Part shown: piece by piece, positions 29,181 to 38,908 of the stretch
How positions within the stretch are numbered: position 1 is the first letter of the stretch
Layout of the letters: each line of letters starts with the position of its first letter
Assembly: GCA_965140415.1 (NCBI GenBank)
Contig: OZ223209.1
Span: 192,001-256,000, forward strand
Length of the DNA stretch: 64,000 bases
Direction: 5' to 3'
Origin: Myxococcota bacterium
GTDB lineage: Bacteria > Myxococcota_A > SURF-8
Position numbers and translations under genes: made by a program
The notes under the pieces: model-generated
What the model saw: the letters and a program-made list of their open reading frames with translations, nothing else
Told to the model about the DNA's origin: nothing
Databases searched by the model: none

Positions 29181-31151
29181 ATGCCAGAATCGAATAAAAA
29201 GCCCAAGTATACTGTGCGCTTCCTCCCCGATGACATCGAAGTCAAAGCCCGCGAAGGGGAAAACCTGCTGCGCACGGCAGTCGAACATGGAATACATATC
29301 GACGCCAACTGCGGTGGGGCGGGTGTTTGTGGAAAATGCGTCGTGCAGGTCGAGGGAAAAACGCTGTCTCATCCGGCCCGCAAGCGGATGGAAGATCTAC
29401 CCGAGGGTCACGTGCTGGCCTGCCGCACGGACATCATGGGCGATGTCACCGTGACGCTCTCGGCTGCGACGCGCGTTCAGGGCACCTTGCCATCCAGAAG
29501 CGGAGACGCAAAGGGGCGTGTGCGGCTGAGCGGGTTGGATATCGACAACCTGTTGGAAGGTCGTCCCCTTCAACCGATTATGACCAAGGTTCACCTGCAA
29601 CTGCCCGCCGCTACACAGGATTCCAACCTGACCGACAGGCTGCGCTTGTATCAGGAGCTTAAAGCCAAGGTGGATATCGTCGATCACTCGATGGATTTCG
29701 AGCTGCTAAAAGAACTTCCGAGCAAGATTCGCCAGAGCGAGGGCGACATCACGGCGACGGTGATTGTGGATCGCCCGGAGCTTTTCTCTACCTGTCTACC
29801 GTCTATCGTTGCTGTGGAAGACGGCGATACGACGGATGCGTTTTACGCGCTCGCTTTCGACATCGGCACGACTTCCGTCTGGGCGCAGTGGATCGATCTG
29901 AAAAGCGGAGAAGTCCTGGCGCAAGCCGCCGACTACAACGATCAGATCCGCTACGGAGCGGATGTCATCAACCGTATTCTGGCCTGCCGTAAGCGTGAAG
30001 GATTGCCGATGGTGCAGAAGGCGGTGATCGACACCATGAACCGCCTGATCGAAAAAATGACCGAATCGAACGGGCTTTTACCCGGGCAAGTCTCCTATAT
30101 GGTTATTGCCGGAAACACCACCATGAGCCAGATTCTGTACGGCATCGACCCCACATACATCCAGTTGTCGCCGCATACGCCGACGACGCGCTATTATCCG
30201 CCGGTGCGGGCCAGCGATTTGGGCTTGAACCTGCCGCCGCACGTGCTGCTTTTGGGTGTTCCTTCCGTTTCAGCCTGGGTGGGAGGCGATATCGTGGCGG
30301 GTGTGCTCGCTTCCAAGATTGCCGCGCAGGAAAAGATGACGCTCTTTATCGACATGGGCACCAATGGTGAAATCGTGCTGGGAAATCAGGAGTTTTTGCT
30401 AACGGCGTCCTGTTCGGCGGGACCGGCTTTTGAAGGCGGAGATATCGAATTCGGTATGCGCGCCATGGACGGCGCCATAGAAGACTTCCACTTGAATGCA
30501 CCCGATGCCGAGCCGATGGTGTTGACGATCGGTCAGCAACCGGCCTTGGGAATCTGTGGCTCGGGTCTGATCAATATCATCGCCGGGCTGTTTTTGGCCG
30601 GAGTGCTTCAGCCGGACGGCAAGTTCATCGAAGCGTCGCGTTGTCCGCGTTTGAAGACCGGGGAAAACGGCACGGAATACGTGCTGGTTTATGCGGAAGC
30701 TTCCGGTGTCGGCAAAGACATCACGATCAACGAAATGGACGTAGACAACCTGCTGCGCGCCAAGTCCGCCATCTATGCGGGAATCCGAACCCTGGTGATG
30801 GAAAGCGGTTTCGACATGTCGATGATCGAGCAGGTTTTAATCGCCGGTTCCTTCGGTCAGAGCATCGATATCGAAAAAGCCATTACCATCGGTCTGATGC
30901 CCGATCTGCCGCCGGAGAATTACTTCTTTATCGGTAACGGTTCGCTATTGGGTGCGCGGTTGACGGTGCAATGTGCGGACTGCATGGCCGAAGGTAACGA
31001 TATCGCCAGCAAAATGACGTATATCGATTTGGGCACCAATTCGCGTTTCATGGACGAATATACAGCGGGGAACTTTTTACCCCACACCAACCGGGAGAAT
31101 TTCCCTTCGGTATTTGCATTGATCGACAAAAACGGCAAGAATTCTCCGTAA
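29181..31151 (+). CDS. ASKHA-type ATP-dependent reductive activator of corrinoid proteins (RACo/AcsV-like) with N-terminal [2Fe-2S] domain
   Basis: CGGAGVCGKC..LAC, DIGTT, YGADVINRI, AGNTTM, DMGTNGE, SAGPAFEG, GICGSG. Confidence 0.92.
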   Translation: MPESNKKPKYTVRFLPDDIEVKAREGENLLRTAVEHGIHIDANCGGAGVCGKCVVQVEGKTLSHPARKRMEDLPEGHVLACRTDIMGDVTVTLSAATRVQGTLPSRSGDAKGRVRLSGLDIDNLLEGRPLQPIMTKVHLQLPAATQDSNLTDRLRLYQELKAKVDIVDHSMDFELLKELPSKIRQSEGDITATVIVDRPELFSTCLPSIVAVEDGDTTDAFYALAFDIGTTSVWAQWIDLKSGEVLAQAADYNDQIRYGADVINRILACRKREGLPMVQKAVIDTMNRLIEKMTESNGLLPGQVSYMVIAGNTTMSQILYGIDPTYIQLSPHTPTTRYYPPVRASDLGLNLPPHVLLLGVPSVSAWVGGDIVAGVLASKIAAQEKMTLFIDMGTNGEIVLGNQEFLLTASCSAGPAFEGGDIEFGMRAMDGAIEDFHLNAPDAEPMVLTIGQQPALGICGSGLINIIAGLFLAGVLQPDGKFIEASRCPRLKTGENGTEYVLVYAEASGVGKDITINEMDVDNLLRAKSAIYAGIRTLVMESGFDMSMIEQVLIAGSFGQSIDIEKAITIGLMPDLPPENYFFIGNGSLLGARLTVQCADCMAEGNDIASKMTYIDLGTNSRFMDEYTAGNFLPHTNRENFPSVFALIDKNGKNSP

Positions 31152-31238
31152 AGCAATTCCGTTTGCGAGCTAGGAAGATCTTTCGCGTTGGGCAACACAC
31201 TCAAGTTGAACGAGTAAACCACAAGTTGGGAGATAACA

Positions 31239-32000
31239 ATGGGTAACAAGGTAATCGCCGTATCCGGCAAGGGCGGAACCGGTAAGACTACGGTAGCGGC
31301 GCTGGCGATGCACAGCTTGATTAAAATGAATCGCCGACCGGTGCTGGGCGTGGATGCCGATCCGAACAGCAACCTGGGCGAAACGCTGGGTTTGGATATC
31401 GACATGACCATCGGCGACATGCTGGAAGATTTCCTGCGTGATCCAACCGTCGTGCCGGGCAGCATGACCAAGGATGTGTACTTGCAGATGCGCATGAACC
31501 AGGTACTGGTTGAGCGAAAAGGATTCGATCTGCTGGTGATGGGTCGACCGGAGGGACCGGGCTGCTATTGCATGGTCAACAACATCCTGCGCCAGTTTCT
31601 GGAAGAATTGCACGACAACTACAAGGTTGCCGTCATCGATAACGAAGCGGGTATGGAGCACTTCAGCCGCAATACCAATGCCCACATCGATAGTTTGTGG
31701 CTGGTGACCGATCATGCACTGCGCGGACTGCGCGCGGTGAAGCGCATCAAGCAAATGATCGATGGCATGCGCTTGGATGTCGATGAAATGGGTATCGTCG
31801 TCAACCGTGCGCCCGAACAGCTTTCTCCGGCTTTTCTGGCGGAACAGGAAAGTATCGGTCTGCCGATCTGGGGCACGATTCCCAGCGATCCATTGATGCA
31901 AACCTTCGATCTCGAGCAGAAATCGATGATGGAATTGCCCGATGATTCTCCCGCCGGTCTGGCTGTAGAAGCGCTATTGAAGAAAACTCTCGGTGAGTAA
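31239..32000 (+). CDS. CooC/AcsF-family nickel-insertion ATPase
   Basis: GKGGTGKTT, VDADPNSNL, GPGCYC, DNEAGMEHFSR. Confidence 0.9.
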   Translation: MGNKVIAVSGKGGTGKTTVAALAMHSLIKMNRRPVLGVDADPNSNLGETLGLDIDMTIGDMLEDFLRDPTVVPGSMTKDVYLQMRMNQVLVERKGFDLLVMGRPEGPGCYCMVNNILRQFLEELHDNYKVAVIDNEAGMEHFSRNTNAHIDSLWLVTDHALRGLRAVKRIKQMIDGMRLDVDEMGIVVNRAPEQLSPAFLAEQESIGLPIWGTIPSDPLMQTFDLEQKSMMELPDDSPAGLAVEALLKKTLGE

Positions 32001-32042
32001 AATCGTTTGAAGGAGTTCGTATTTCTTAGTAGTGATGTCTTC

Positions 32043-32069
32043 TTGTAGTGGCGAGGCGTGAGCCCGCCG
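32043..32069 (+). repeat. GTAG-type REP-like sequence
   Basis: TTGTAGTGGCGAGGCGTGAGCCCGCCG, two mismatches from 45561-45587. Confidence 0.6.
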
Positions 32070-32408
32070 TTTTAGAGTAATAATAATTTGAAATGCGCCA
32101 TAACCAAGGGTGCCGCGGTCTTTCGCCTGTAAGGCGAATGGCCGTGCAAATTCAAATAATCCGGGCCATCGATTCGTACCGAATCGAAGACCCGGGCACC
32201 CACTTCCAATCACTCAAATCAACTAACGGTAACTATAGTAATCTGACATTTTTGTCGCTGCGCCGTTTTTTTGCTGTCTATCAAAGCACACTCTTCCAAA
32301 TCGCCTTTTCAGACCGGACTGGTTTGCTTAACGAAAGCCTCTCTCTAACTTGTTGATATCTATAGGATATCTATATAATTATACATTGGAAATGTTTAAG
32401 AATAGATT

Positions 32409-32425
32409 TTGGCACGTTGATTGCT
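32409..32425 (+). promoter_or_regulatory. Sigma-54 (-24/-12) promoter
   Basis: TTGGCACGTTGATTGCT matches TGGCACG-N4-TTGC, about 50 bp upstream of the ATG at 32476. Confidence 0.75.
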
Positions 32426-32735
32426 CAGTCCTTTGGGTCTTGTGTCGATTGAAGCAATTGAATATGGAGATAATCATGAAAAAGACTTTTTCGCTGTTAT
32501 TGGCTGTTGCCTTCATTCTCGTGCTTTTCACTTTTAGCGCTTGTTCAAGCAGCAACGGTATTGGTATCGATCCGCAGACCAGCGAATGCGGTGGCTTCGA
32601 TGGTGACGAAACGTTGGCAAAGGTGAAACGCATTGCAGACGATGCAGCGCTTGATATGTGCGAGGAAACATTGGAATGGACGACGGAAATCGAAACCGGC
32701 GATATTCTTTTCATGCACAAGCACACCATACTTAA

Positions 32736-33332
32736 TGTCAGTCGATGGGTTTAAATCCCTCGCCTTTAGGCGAAACCTTGAGGTTTTTCAATTGAGCGTG
32801 ATAATGTCTTTGTCATGGAGAAATATCGCACCAGTTCGCATTCGCGTTTCGACCTGAAGTATCACTTTGTTTGGATAACGAAGTATCGGAAACCCATTCT
32901 TTCCGGCGCGGTAGGCAAGCGACTAAGGGATTTGGTAATTGAAGTTTGCAAGGCGAATGAGATCGAAATACTGCAAGGGCATGTAGCCAAAGATCACGTT
33001 CATCTGTTCGTGTCGTGTCCTCCGAATTTGTCTCCAAGCAAGATCATGCAGAAGATCAAAGGAAAATCGTCACGGAAACTGATGATGGAGTTCAAGCACG
33101 TGCAAAAAGCTTTCTGGGGTCGTCATTTGTGGGCGCGAGGCTACTTTGTTGCGAGCAGCGGTAATGTGACGGATGAGACGATTCAGGAATATATCCGATT
33201 GCAGGAAGAAGGGGAACCGCCGGACGGTGGAGCCAATTTCAGAGTTGAGGGCGAAGATGCGTGACGACTTGAGTCGTCACGCCGTTGAACGACCACCCAT
33301 AAATCCTTCGCCTTTAGGCGAAGGTAGTTTAA
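32736..33332 (+). mobile_element. IS200/IS605-family insertion sequence (tnpA only, 597 bp)
   Basis: Inserted 3' of TTAA and ends in TTAA; both ends have AAAT followed by a TCGCCTTTAGGCGA hairpin. Confidence 0.92.
32815..33264 (+). CDS. tnpA: Y1 HUH transposase
   Basis: YHFVWITKYR, DHVH, KGKSSR, LWARGYF, EYIRLQ. Confidence 0.95.
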   Translation: MEKYRTSSHSRFDLKYHFVWITKYRKPILSGAVGKRLRDLVIEVCKANEIEILQGHVAKDHVHLFVSCPPNLSPSKIMQKIKGKSSRKLMMEFKHVQKAFWGRHLWARGYFVASSGNVTDETIQEYIRLQEEGEPPDGGANFRVEGEDA

Positions 33333-33630
33333 TTGTTGTGGCAAACACTCGATTAAAGTCGATCAGGAAGAGGATTTGAGCTTCACCCTGTTTGAGAAAG
33401 ACAAGCCCGGCTTTGGAGGTCGTTGCGACTGCATGTGTCCCTTCGACTTTTCGATCGAAATGCCCGCTCTCTTGGAGCCGGGCGTCATTTCGGTGAAACT
33501 GTTGCAGGATGTGACCGATTCCGAACATAGCGCACGGATTCTCTGGGAAGGTCAGATCGATACCCGCGAAGGTTCCGGTACGATAGTTATCGGCGAGACG
33601 GAGTGCTACTAGAGTAGGTATTACTCATTT

Positions 33631-33790
33631 CTGACCATCGAGTAATCACGATGTGTCATGGTCTCGCGGAATGGAAATTCCGGGAGGCCGTGTGTAACTT
33701 ATTGAAGACACACAGCCTTCCACGATCTTCGATCGCGTAAGACTATGGCACACATTCTTCAAATTAGTGGCTAAAAATGATTAAGAACCG
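33631..33790. repeat. 160-bp structured intergenic repeat, copy A
   Basis: Ungapped alignment to 49817-49976, 132/160 identical by hand count; three hairpins. Confidence 0.85.
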
Positions 33791-33851
33791 CTACTAGTTC
33801 CGGCCTGGATCGAATCGAAGTAAAGCGCTCTATTTAAAGTCATGTATTCTC

Positions 33852-33878
33852 AAGCCGGGCTGAGCAACCCGGCTTTTA
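33852..33878 (+). terminator. Intrinsic terminator
   Basis: AAGCCGGG...CCCGGCTTTT. Confidence 0.6.
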
Positions 33879-33998
33879 TTATGAGTAATTACCTACAAGG
33901 CCGACTGCTTTTATTCTGACGAATTGTCAGAGTGATCCTACACAAAAGGCCAAAAATTATTTGTGAATTTAAGATAGACAGAAGAGAGCGGGACCGGT

Positions 33999-34430
33999 CT
34001 AGTTCGAGCGATCCAGGGGCATGCAGCGATGACACACACCATAGAATTGCACCTGGTGTGCCTGAATCGTGAAACTATCCTTCAGCTGCCGGGGGGCGCG
34101 CAAGTCGGAATAGTCCTCGAACACGTCCATGATATGACCACAATGTCGACACATCGCATGATGATGCGTGCTGGTGTCTGGATCGTAGTGGCGTCGTTCA
34201 TGGTCGATGTTCAACATCTGCACCTGTCCGATTTTGCACAAGGTCTCCAACGTGTTGTAGACCGTTGTGAAGGAGATGGACGGGTAACGTTGATTCAGTT
34301 CCTGGTAAATCTGTTCCGCCGAGGGATGACTGGTGTTGTCTTCCAAGATTTCCAGAATGGCGATTCGCTGCGGGGTGATTTTCATGCCCTTCGCCCGAAG
34401 AGTTTCCAATACTTCCTGAACGCTTTTCAT
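33999..34430 (-). CDS. Fur-family regulator, PerR-like
   Basis: KITPQRIAIL, HPSAEQIY, TVYNTL, HHHAMCRHCG, C-terminal CxxC. Confidence 0.92.
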   Translation of the reverse strand: MKSVQEVLETLRAKGMKITPQRIAILEILEDNTSHPSAEQIYQELNQRYPSISFTTVYNTLETLCKIGQVQMLNIDHERRHYDPDTSTHHHAMCRHCGHIMDVFEDYSDLRAPRQLKDSFTIQAHQVQFYGVCHRCMPLDRSN

Positions 34431-34586
34431 CTCGAACTCCAGATTTGCCGACCTGTGTTCCAGGTCGGAACAAAGAGAATAACGGTTCCGTTTATCCTAA
34501 ACAAAAACCGGCACAAGGCAAGCATGAACTTGCACGAAGTAAGTTTTTTTTTAAATATCAGCATAAAAAAGACAATTTGACTCGGT

Positions 34587-35996
34587 TTATTCTCGAATAC
34601 GACAGTCAAGCGCATGTTTCAGTCGCTGTAATTCGGCGTTGGAAACCGCGCAGGTACCGTCTTTAAGCATGGGGGTTCCCTGAAAAACCGGACCGAAATC
34701 ACGCGGCAATGGATCGGGTAACAAGCCTTTTTCCTGGCATTGTTCGAATAAACGGGTTCCCGGTAACGCAACGGCGAATTGCATCCAGGGGCGCGCCCCA
34801 TATCGTTCGTACATGCGGGTGGCAAATGCAAACGTCTGGCCGATTTCCTGTCGGCTTTCTCCCGGCAGACCGACGATGAAATGCAAGGCGACCGGCAGCC
34901 TGGCTTTATAAGCCTGCTGTGTGGCAAGTTCCACCGCTTCCAATGACTGTTGCTTGCCGATGATGCGCGAAAGTACGGTGGCTGCACCCGACTCCGGAGA
35001 AAGCGACAACAGCGAAATAAGTTCCGCCAGGCGTTCGATTTGATTTTGAGTCAGCAGATCGGCGCGCAAGCCGTTGGGAAATTCCAGCTTCAGTCCCGCT
35101 TTGTAAGCAAGCTGCAACAAGCGATCGAAATGATCGCGACCGATGTTGGCGGCTTCATCCAGCACCAGTAACTTCTCTACTCCCGGTCGTTCGGACAGCC
35201 AGGAAAGCTGCCGCTCCAACGCTTCGGGAGAAAGCGGACGCCATTCGCGACGTGCGCCGCTGGCGTGGGCGGGATGGCTGGTGCAGAACGAACAGGAAAA
35301 GCAGCAACCCCGGCTGCTTTTAAATGGCAGGGTGGCTGTGTTGACGGCAAACGGATTCGGGCGTTGCTCCTGTTGCAGCATGCGGGACAGCAATTCCCGG
35401 TATGCATCCAGATCGACCAGCGCGTAGCCTCCGTCGCCTTGTAATGGTCCGCTAAGAGGCACACCGTCGATGACCTTCTTGGAAATGTTTCTGTCGTTTT
35501 CCAAGGCTGTCAGCAGCTTTTCCAATTCCACTTCGGCTTCGTAACGCAATAAAATATCCGGCCTGCCGGGGGAAGACAGGAACCGGGAAGGGTCGTATGC
35601 CACGTAATTCATGCCGCCGATATGCAGATCCGCCAGCACGACGGTAACACTCGGATGCGCCTGACGCAGCGCTCGAATCAGAAAAAACAAGTTGTCGTCG
35701 TCGGGAGCCTGAACCGCAAAGGGTCCAAGCTGCACGATTGCCACTTCCGCTGGTTGCTCGTTTGCACGGTTTTGGATTTCTTCAAGAAGTCGATTCTGTG
35801 TCACTCCGATTCGGATGTGCTCCGGTTCGCGCTTCCAGTCGGATGCGGGCAGGCAATAGGCGTCGATCAGGCTGACATCATGACCTTTGATTTTCAGGTA
35901 ATCGGCGACATTCCAGGCGGCCAGTGACTCGAAAGCCGGATAGTCGATGTAATTGGGATGTACCCGTTGTGATGGATGCAGAATTAAAACCCGCAT
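34587..35996 (-). CDS. Radical SAM protein with B12-binding-like N-terminal domain
   Basis: SRGCCFSCSFC, FPNGLRAD, ESG, FIVGLPGE, PGT.LF. Confidence 0.85.
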   Translation of the reverse strand: MRVLILHPSQRVHPNYIDYPAFESLAAWNVADYLKIKGHDVSLIDAYCLPASDWKREPEHIRIGVTQNRLLEEIQNRANEQPAEVAIVQLGPFAVQAPDDDNLFFLIRALRQAHPSVTVVLADLHIGGMNYVAYDPSRFLSSPGRPDILLRYEAEVELEKLLTALENDRNISKKVIDGVPLSGPLQGDGGYALVDLDAYRELLSRMLQQEQRPNPFAVNTATLPFKSSRGCCFSCSFCTSHPAHASGARREWRPLSPEALERQLSWLSERPGVEKLLVLDEAANIGRDHFDRLLQLAYKAGLKLEFPNGLRADLLTQNQIERLAELISLLSLSPESGAATVLSRIIGKQQSLEAVELATQQAYKARLPVALHFIVGLPGESRQEIGQTFAFATRMYERYGARPWMQFAVALPGTRLFEQCQEKGLLPDPLPRDFGPVFQGTPMLKDGTCAVSNAELQRLKHALDCRIRE

Positions 35997-36456
35997 GAAT
36001 AACTCCAGATTGTGAGTCGCGCCGATCTCGTCATGATTTCACCAGTATTCCTTGATTTCTGTATCGACACCATCGAATTGATCAGGTCCGTTCTTTACGA
36101 CTTCTGTATTGCTGATGGCGGGTCTTACAGAAAGTAAAAAACACAAGAGTTATCGTGAGATGGATTGAAACTGAACATGCTGTTCATTTTTGTTCATGTT
36201 TCCAAAATAAACGCCGATATTGTATCTATGATCGGAGAATTTGTCACGGATAAAGCGGTATTAGAGGACATTGGCATCGCCTTTAACCTATTGGTAACGC
36301 TAGTTTGAAAAAAGGCTAACACATTAATATCTTGCAATAATATGTCCTATGGATTACTCTAATAATTGGAGAGTTCTTGTGGCGACAACCTGAAAATAGA
36401 GAGCGCGAAAAGGCTGTCGTTCGTTTTGTATTGTATTGCATTAAAGAGAAGGTTTT

Positions 36457-37065
36457 ATGGGCCGACATCAGTATGCCATCAAACATAATGGTCGCACCCT
36501 GGGTATTCACGATCAGGAGCAGTTGTCTCGGTTAGTTTACTCCGGTGAACTGAAGGCCGATGCCAGTGTTTTCGTGATCAAGGATAAACGTTGGGTAAGT
36601 TTAACTTCGTTGCTTGATGTTGAGAGTGCTGTACAGCAAAAAGAGACTGTTCCGCAGCCGGCGCAGATTGCTGAAGAGCAGGATTTGCCGCCAATCCAGG
36701 AATTCTCTTCGCTGATCAATGAAATCGAAGTAAAAGAAGACAAGAGCGCCAGGGTTCCCACTCAACGTGAGTTGGAACGGGATCTCTCCATTGAAACCGG
36801 GCGCACAATTCATAAGCTTCCCGCTCTTGCAGCGGGACGTTCCGCTCGCCTTTCCGAACCCGCCGTTGCGGCCAAGGTGCCGAATCCGGAAGGTTGGTTC
36901 GGTGAAACCAGGCGTGCCATTGCCGTAATGGCTCTGGCTCTCTTCCTGGGTCTGGCTGCCGGGTTGTTTGGATCGACCATGCTTCAAGACGATCTGTCCA
37001 ATACAAACGGTTCTGCCATTCGACAAGCCGAAAGCCACAGCGTATCACCCAGCACAGCAGACTAG
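36457..37065 (+). CDS. GYF_2-like domain membrane protein
   Basis: N-terminal Y..G...L..L...G.L.....V.......W pattern, disordered linker, one TM helix. Confidence 0.6.
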   Translation: MGRHQYAIKHNGRTLGIHDQEQLSRLVYSGELKADASVFVIKDKRWVSLTSLLDVESAVQQKETVPQPAQIAEEQDLPPIQEFSSLINEIEVKEDKSARVPTQRELERDLSIETGRTIHKLPALAAGRSARLSEPAVAAKVPNPEGWFGETRRAIAVMALALFLGLAAGLFGSTMLQDDLSNTNGSAIRQAESHSVSPSTAD

Positions 37066-37425
37066 CATTTTCCCCTTTTTCTTTCTGTTTCTTCAGACAA
37101 GCATAGCCAGTATAGGTCTTCGGTCTTAGCCTGTTGGTTTCTCGAACAAGTCTTTAAAATGACATCTATTTAATATAATATATTGTTATTACAGAGTGTT
37201 GGCCTTTAGAAAAGAAATGCGATCCGACAATGCGCATTGTTTGTTCGATCGATTGTTTCTATAATAGGTGTTGGTTCGTAGATTTTGTTGTTAAGGTGTT
37301 CAAAATGTTAACACTATAATTATTGATGTAAAAATTGTTATTTTTTCCTTGCATTGTAAGTAAAGAAGTATTACACTGTGCTTGATGAGGAAAGGTCGCC
37401 TCGTCGTAAAAAGGAAATGAGGTGT

Positions 37426-38220
37426 ATGATGGCCGCACAATTTAAGTATGCAATAAGGAGGGGGGAGAAGAACTTCGGCATTCAAAGCGTTCGACAATTG
37501 CGCGATCTGGCTGGCAGGCGCAAGATTGTGCCACAGGATTATGTCTATTCCTATGAAAGAAAGGAATGGGTGCGCGCCGGACATTTGTTTGAATTGTTCG
37601 AAGTATTCAATGTACAGACCGGAGGTGGGCTCATTCAGGGATCGCCTCCGCAAGACAGTCTTTCCGCGCCGGAATTGCGAAATACGGACTGGAAGCAGAT
37701 CGCGGCCAAAGCTCCAGTGGAAGATGCTTCTCTATCGAGCACTCCATTTACTCCCTCTCGACCTAGTGTGCGATCCGGTATTACGAAAAGCAAAGGGTTG
37801 CGTTCGGAAATCAGCGGATTGTTTGAGGATCTGATCGACGAAGCAGCGGAGAAACATCGAAATCCGTTGACAGGTCTGGAGCAGCCGGTCTTGCCTGACA
37901 GCAAGCAGGATGCGGTTTTACGTCACTTCAGCAGTCAGCCGAAGCCGCAAGCACCGGCGACACCTCCGCCAGCGCCACAAGCTTCTTCACCCGTTACTGC
38001 TACAGCTACGACGAAGTTTCACGTCGGTTCACTGGAGTTATCCAGGCGAGCAAGTATGCTATTACTGCTTTTATTGATTTTGCTGGCCGTTACGTTGGGC
38101 TTCTCTGCCGGATTGGGTCTCAATCGCAATGACGATCATCAGTACACCTTGCGAATCGAGGAACAACCGAGCTTGCCCATTCGAAAGGTCGATGCGAATA
38201 CGGGTTTTCAGCGGCGTTAA
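37426..38220 (+). CDS. GYF_2-like domain membrane protein, paralog of the upstream gene
   Basis: GAGG RBS; YAI...G...GI....L..L........V.....K.WV....L shared with the 36457 gene; Pro-rich linker; TM helix. Confidence 0.6.
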   Translation: MMAAQFKYAIRRGEKNFGIQSVRQLRDLAGRRKIVPQDYVYSYERKEWVRAGHLFELFEVFNVQTGGGLIQGSPPQDSLSAPELRNTDWKQIAAKAPVEDASLSSTPFTPSRPSVRSGITKSKGLRSEISGLFEDLIDEAAEKHRNPLTGLEQPVLPDSKQDAVLRHFSSQPKPQAPATPPPAPQASSPVTATATTKFHVGSLELSRRASMLLLLLLILLAVTLGFSAGLGLNRNDDHQYTLRIEEQPSLPIRKVDANTGFQRR

Positions 38221-38245
38221 CGAGTGCCGTATCGGCATGGATTAA

Positions 38246-38725
38246 CTAGTGTTTTTCGGCAGGCTTCCGGTTTTGGAATGCAGGAGTTTTTGGAGCTTGC
38301 CGGGGAGGTGACAGGGTAGATAGAAGCCAACGCTTTTGCGAGTTGTCCCAGCGCCAACGCTGCTGAACGACACGAATGTGGTCGTTTCCCTCGATCTTCA
38401 AGCCCACTCGTACCTTGCCAACGGTGTTTTTGTCAGTCATTTCAACGGATAGGACTTTGCTTTCAAGAATCGGGTGCTGTTTGGCCCACTCGCGCCGATG
38501 TGCGACATAGCTTTCCGCATTTTTCAAGAAATCGACTTTTCCACTCAGCCGTTCGGGAGCGAACGAACGGTAGCATTGCTTGAACTCACCACGTTGCTGG
38601 CATGACCAGAAATCATCAACGGCCTTGGTTAATGGTGTTGTAGGTTCATCGGAGCAGTTTATCAACAGCAGACAGAATAGAAGCAAAGCTAACCGAAGAA
38701 TATTCAAGGATAATCTCCAATCCAA
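38246..38725 (-). CDS. Hypothetical lipoprotein
   Basis: Hydrophobic leader with lipobox-like LINC; NTF2-like alpha/beta pattern. Confidence 0.55.
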   Translation of the reverse strand: MDWRLSLNILRLALLLFCLLLINCSDEPTTPLTKAVDDFWSCQQRGEFKQCYRSFAPERLSGKVDFLKNAESYVAHRREWAKQHPILESKVLSVEMTDKNTVGKVRVGLKIEGNDHIRVVQQRWRWDNSQKRWLLSTLSPPRQAPKTPAFQNRKPAEKH

Positions 38726-38862
38726 CAGCCTGGTGTCTTTTACACGTATACAGCAAAATGCGAAACGATCTTAATACCTGAAGAAAAATTCCCTGTCAAC
38801 CATAATTTTCATGTTATTTTTCTGTTTTGAAAAAAGCATGTAATCTCAAACCGATGTCGAAG

Positions 38863-38908
38863 TTACTCACATTTTTGTGGATAACCTGTGGATAACCCCT
38901 GTGAATAA
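38863..38908. promoter_or_regulatory. DnaA-box cluster (possible oriC or DnaA-titration site)
   Basis: TGTGGATAA at 38876 and 38887, TGTGAATAA at 38900, near-match TTACTCACA at 38863, in an AT-rich intergenic region. Confidence 0.7.

Larger units (their letters stand above)
32476..33612 (+). pseudogene. Cys-rich lipoprotein gene interrupted by an IS200 element
   Basis: Lipobox FSAC; removing 32736-33332 rejoins ...HTILN|CCGKHSIKV...RCDCMCPFD... in frame to TAG at 33612. Confidence 0.88.

Noticed and set aside
32736-33332. TnpB/IscB RNA-guided nuclease or IStron in the IS200 elements
   Set aside because: Both elements contain only tnpA, with no room for a nuclease or group I intron
36171-36200. 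TGAACA-TGC-TGTTCA palindrome as a LexA box
   Set aside because: GAAC-N5-GTTC spacing does not fit the N4 SOS box; may be another operator but it occurs only once
37168-37196. dif-like site (ATTTAATATAA resembles the XerD arm)
   Set aside because: The spacer to the next TTAT is 7 bp rather than 6 and the XerC arm does not match; likely chance in AT-rich DNA
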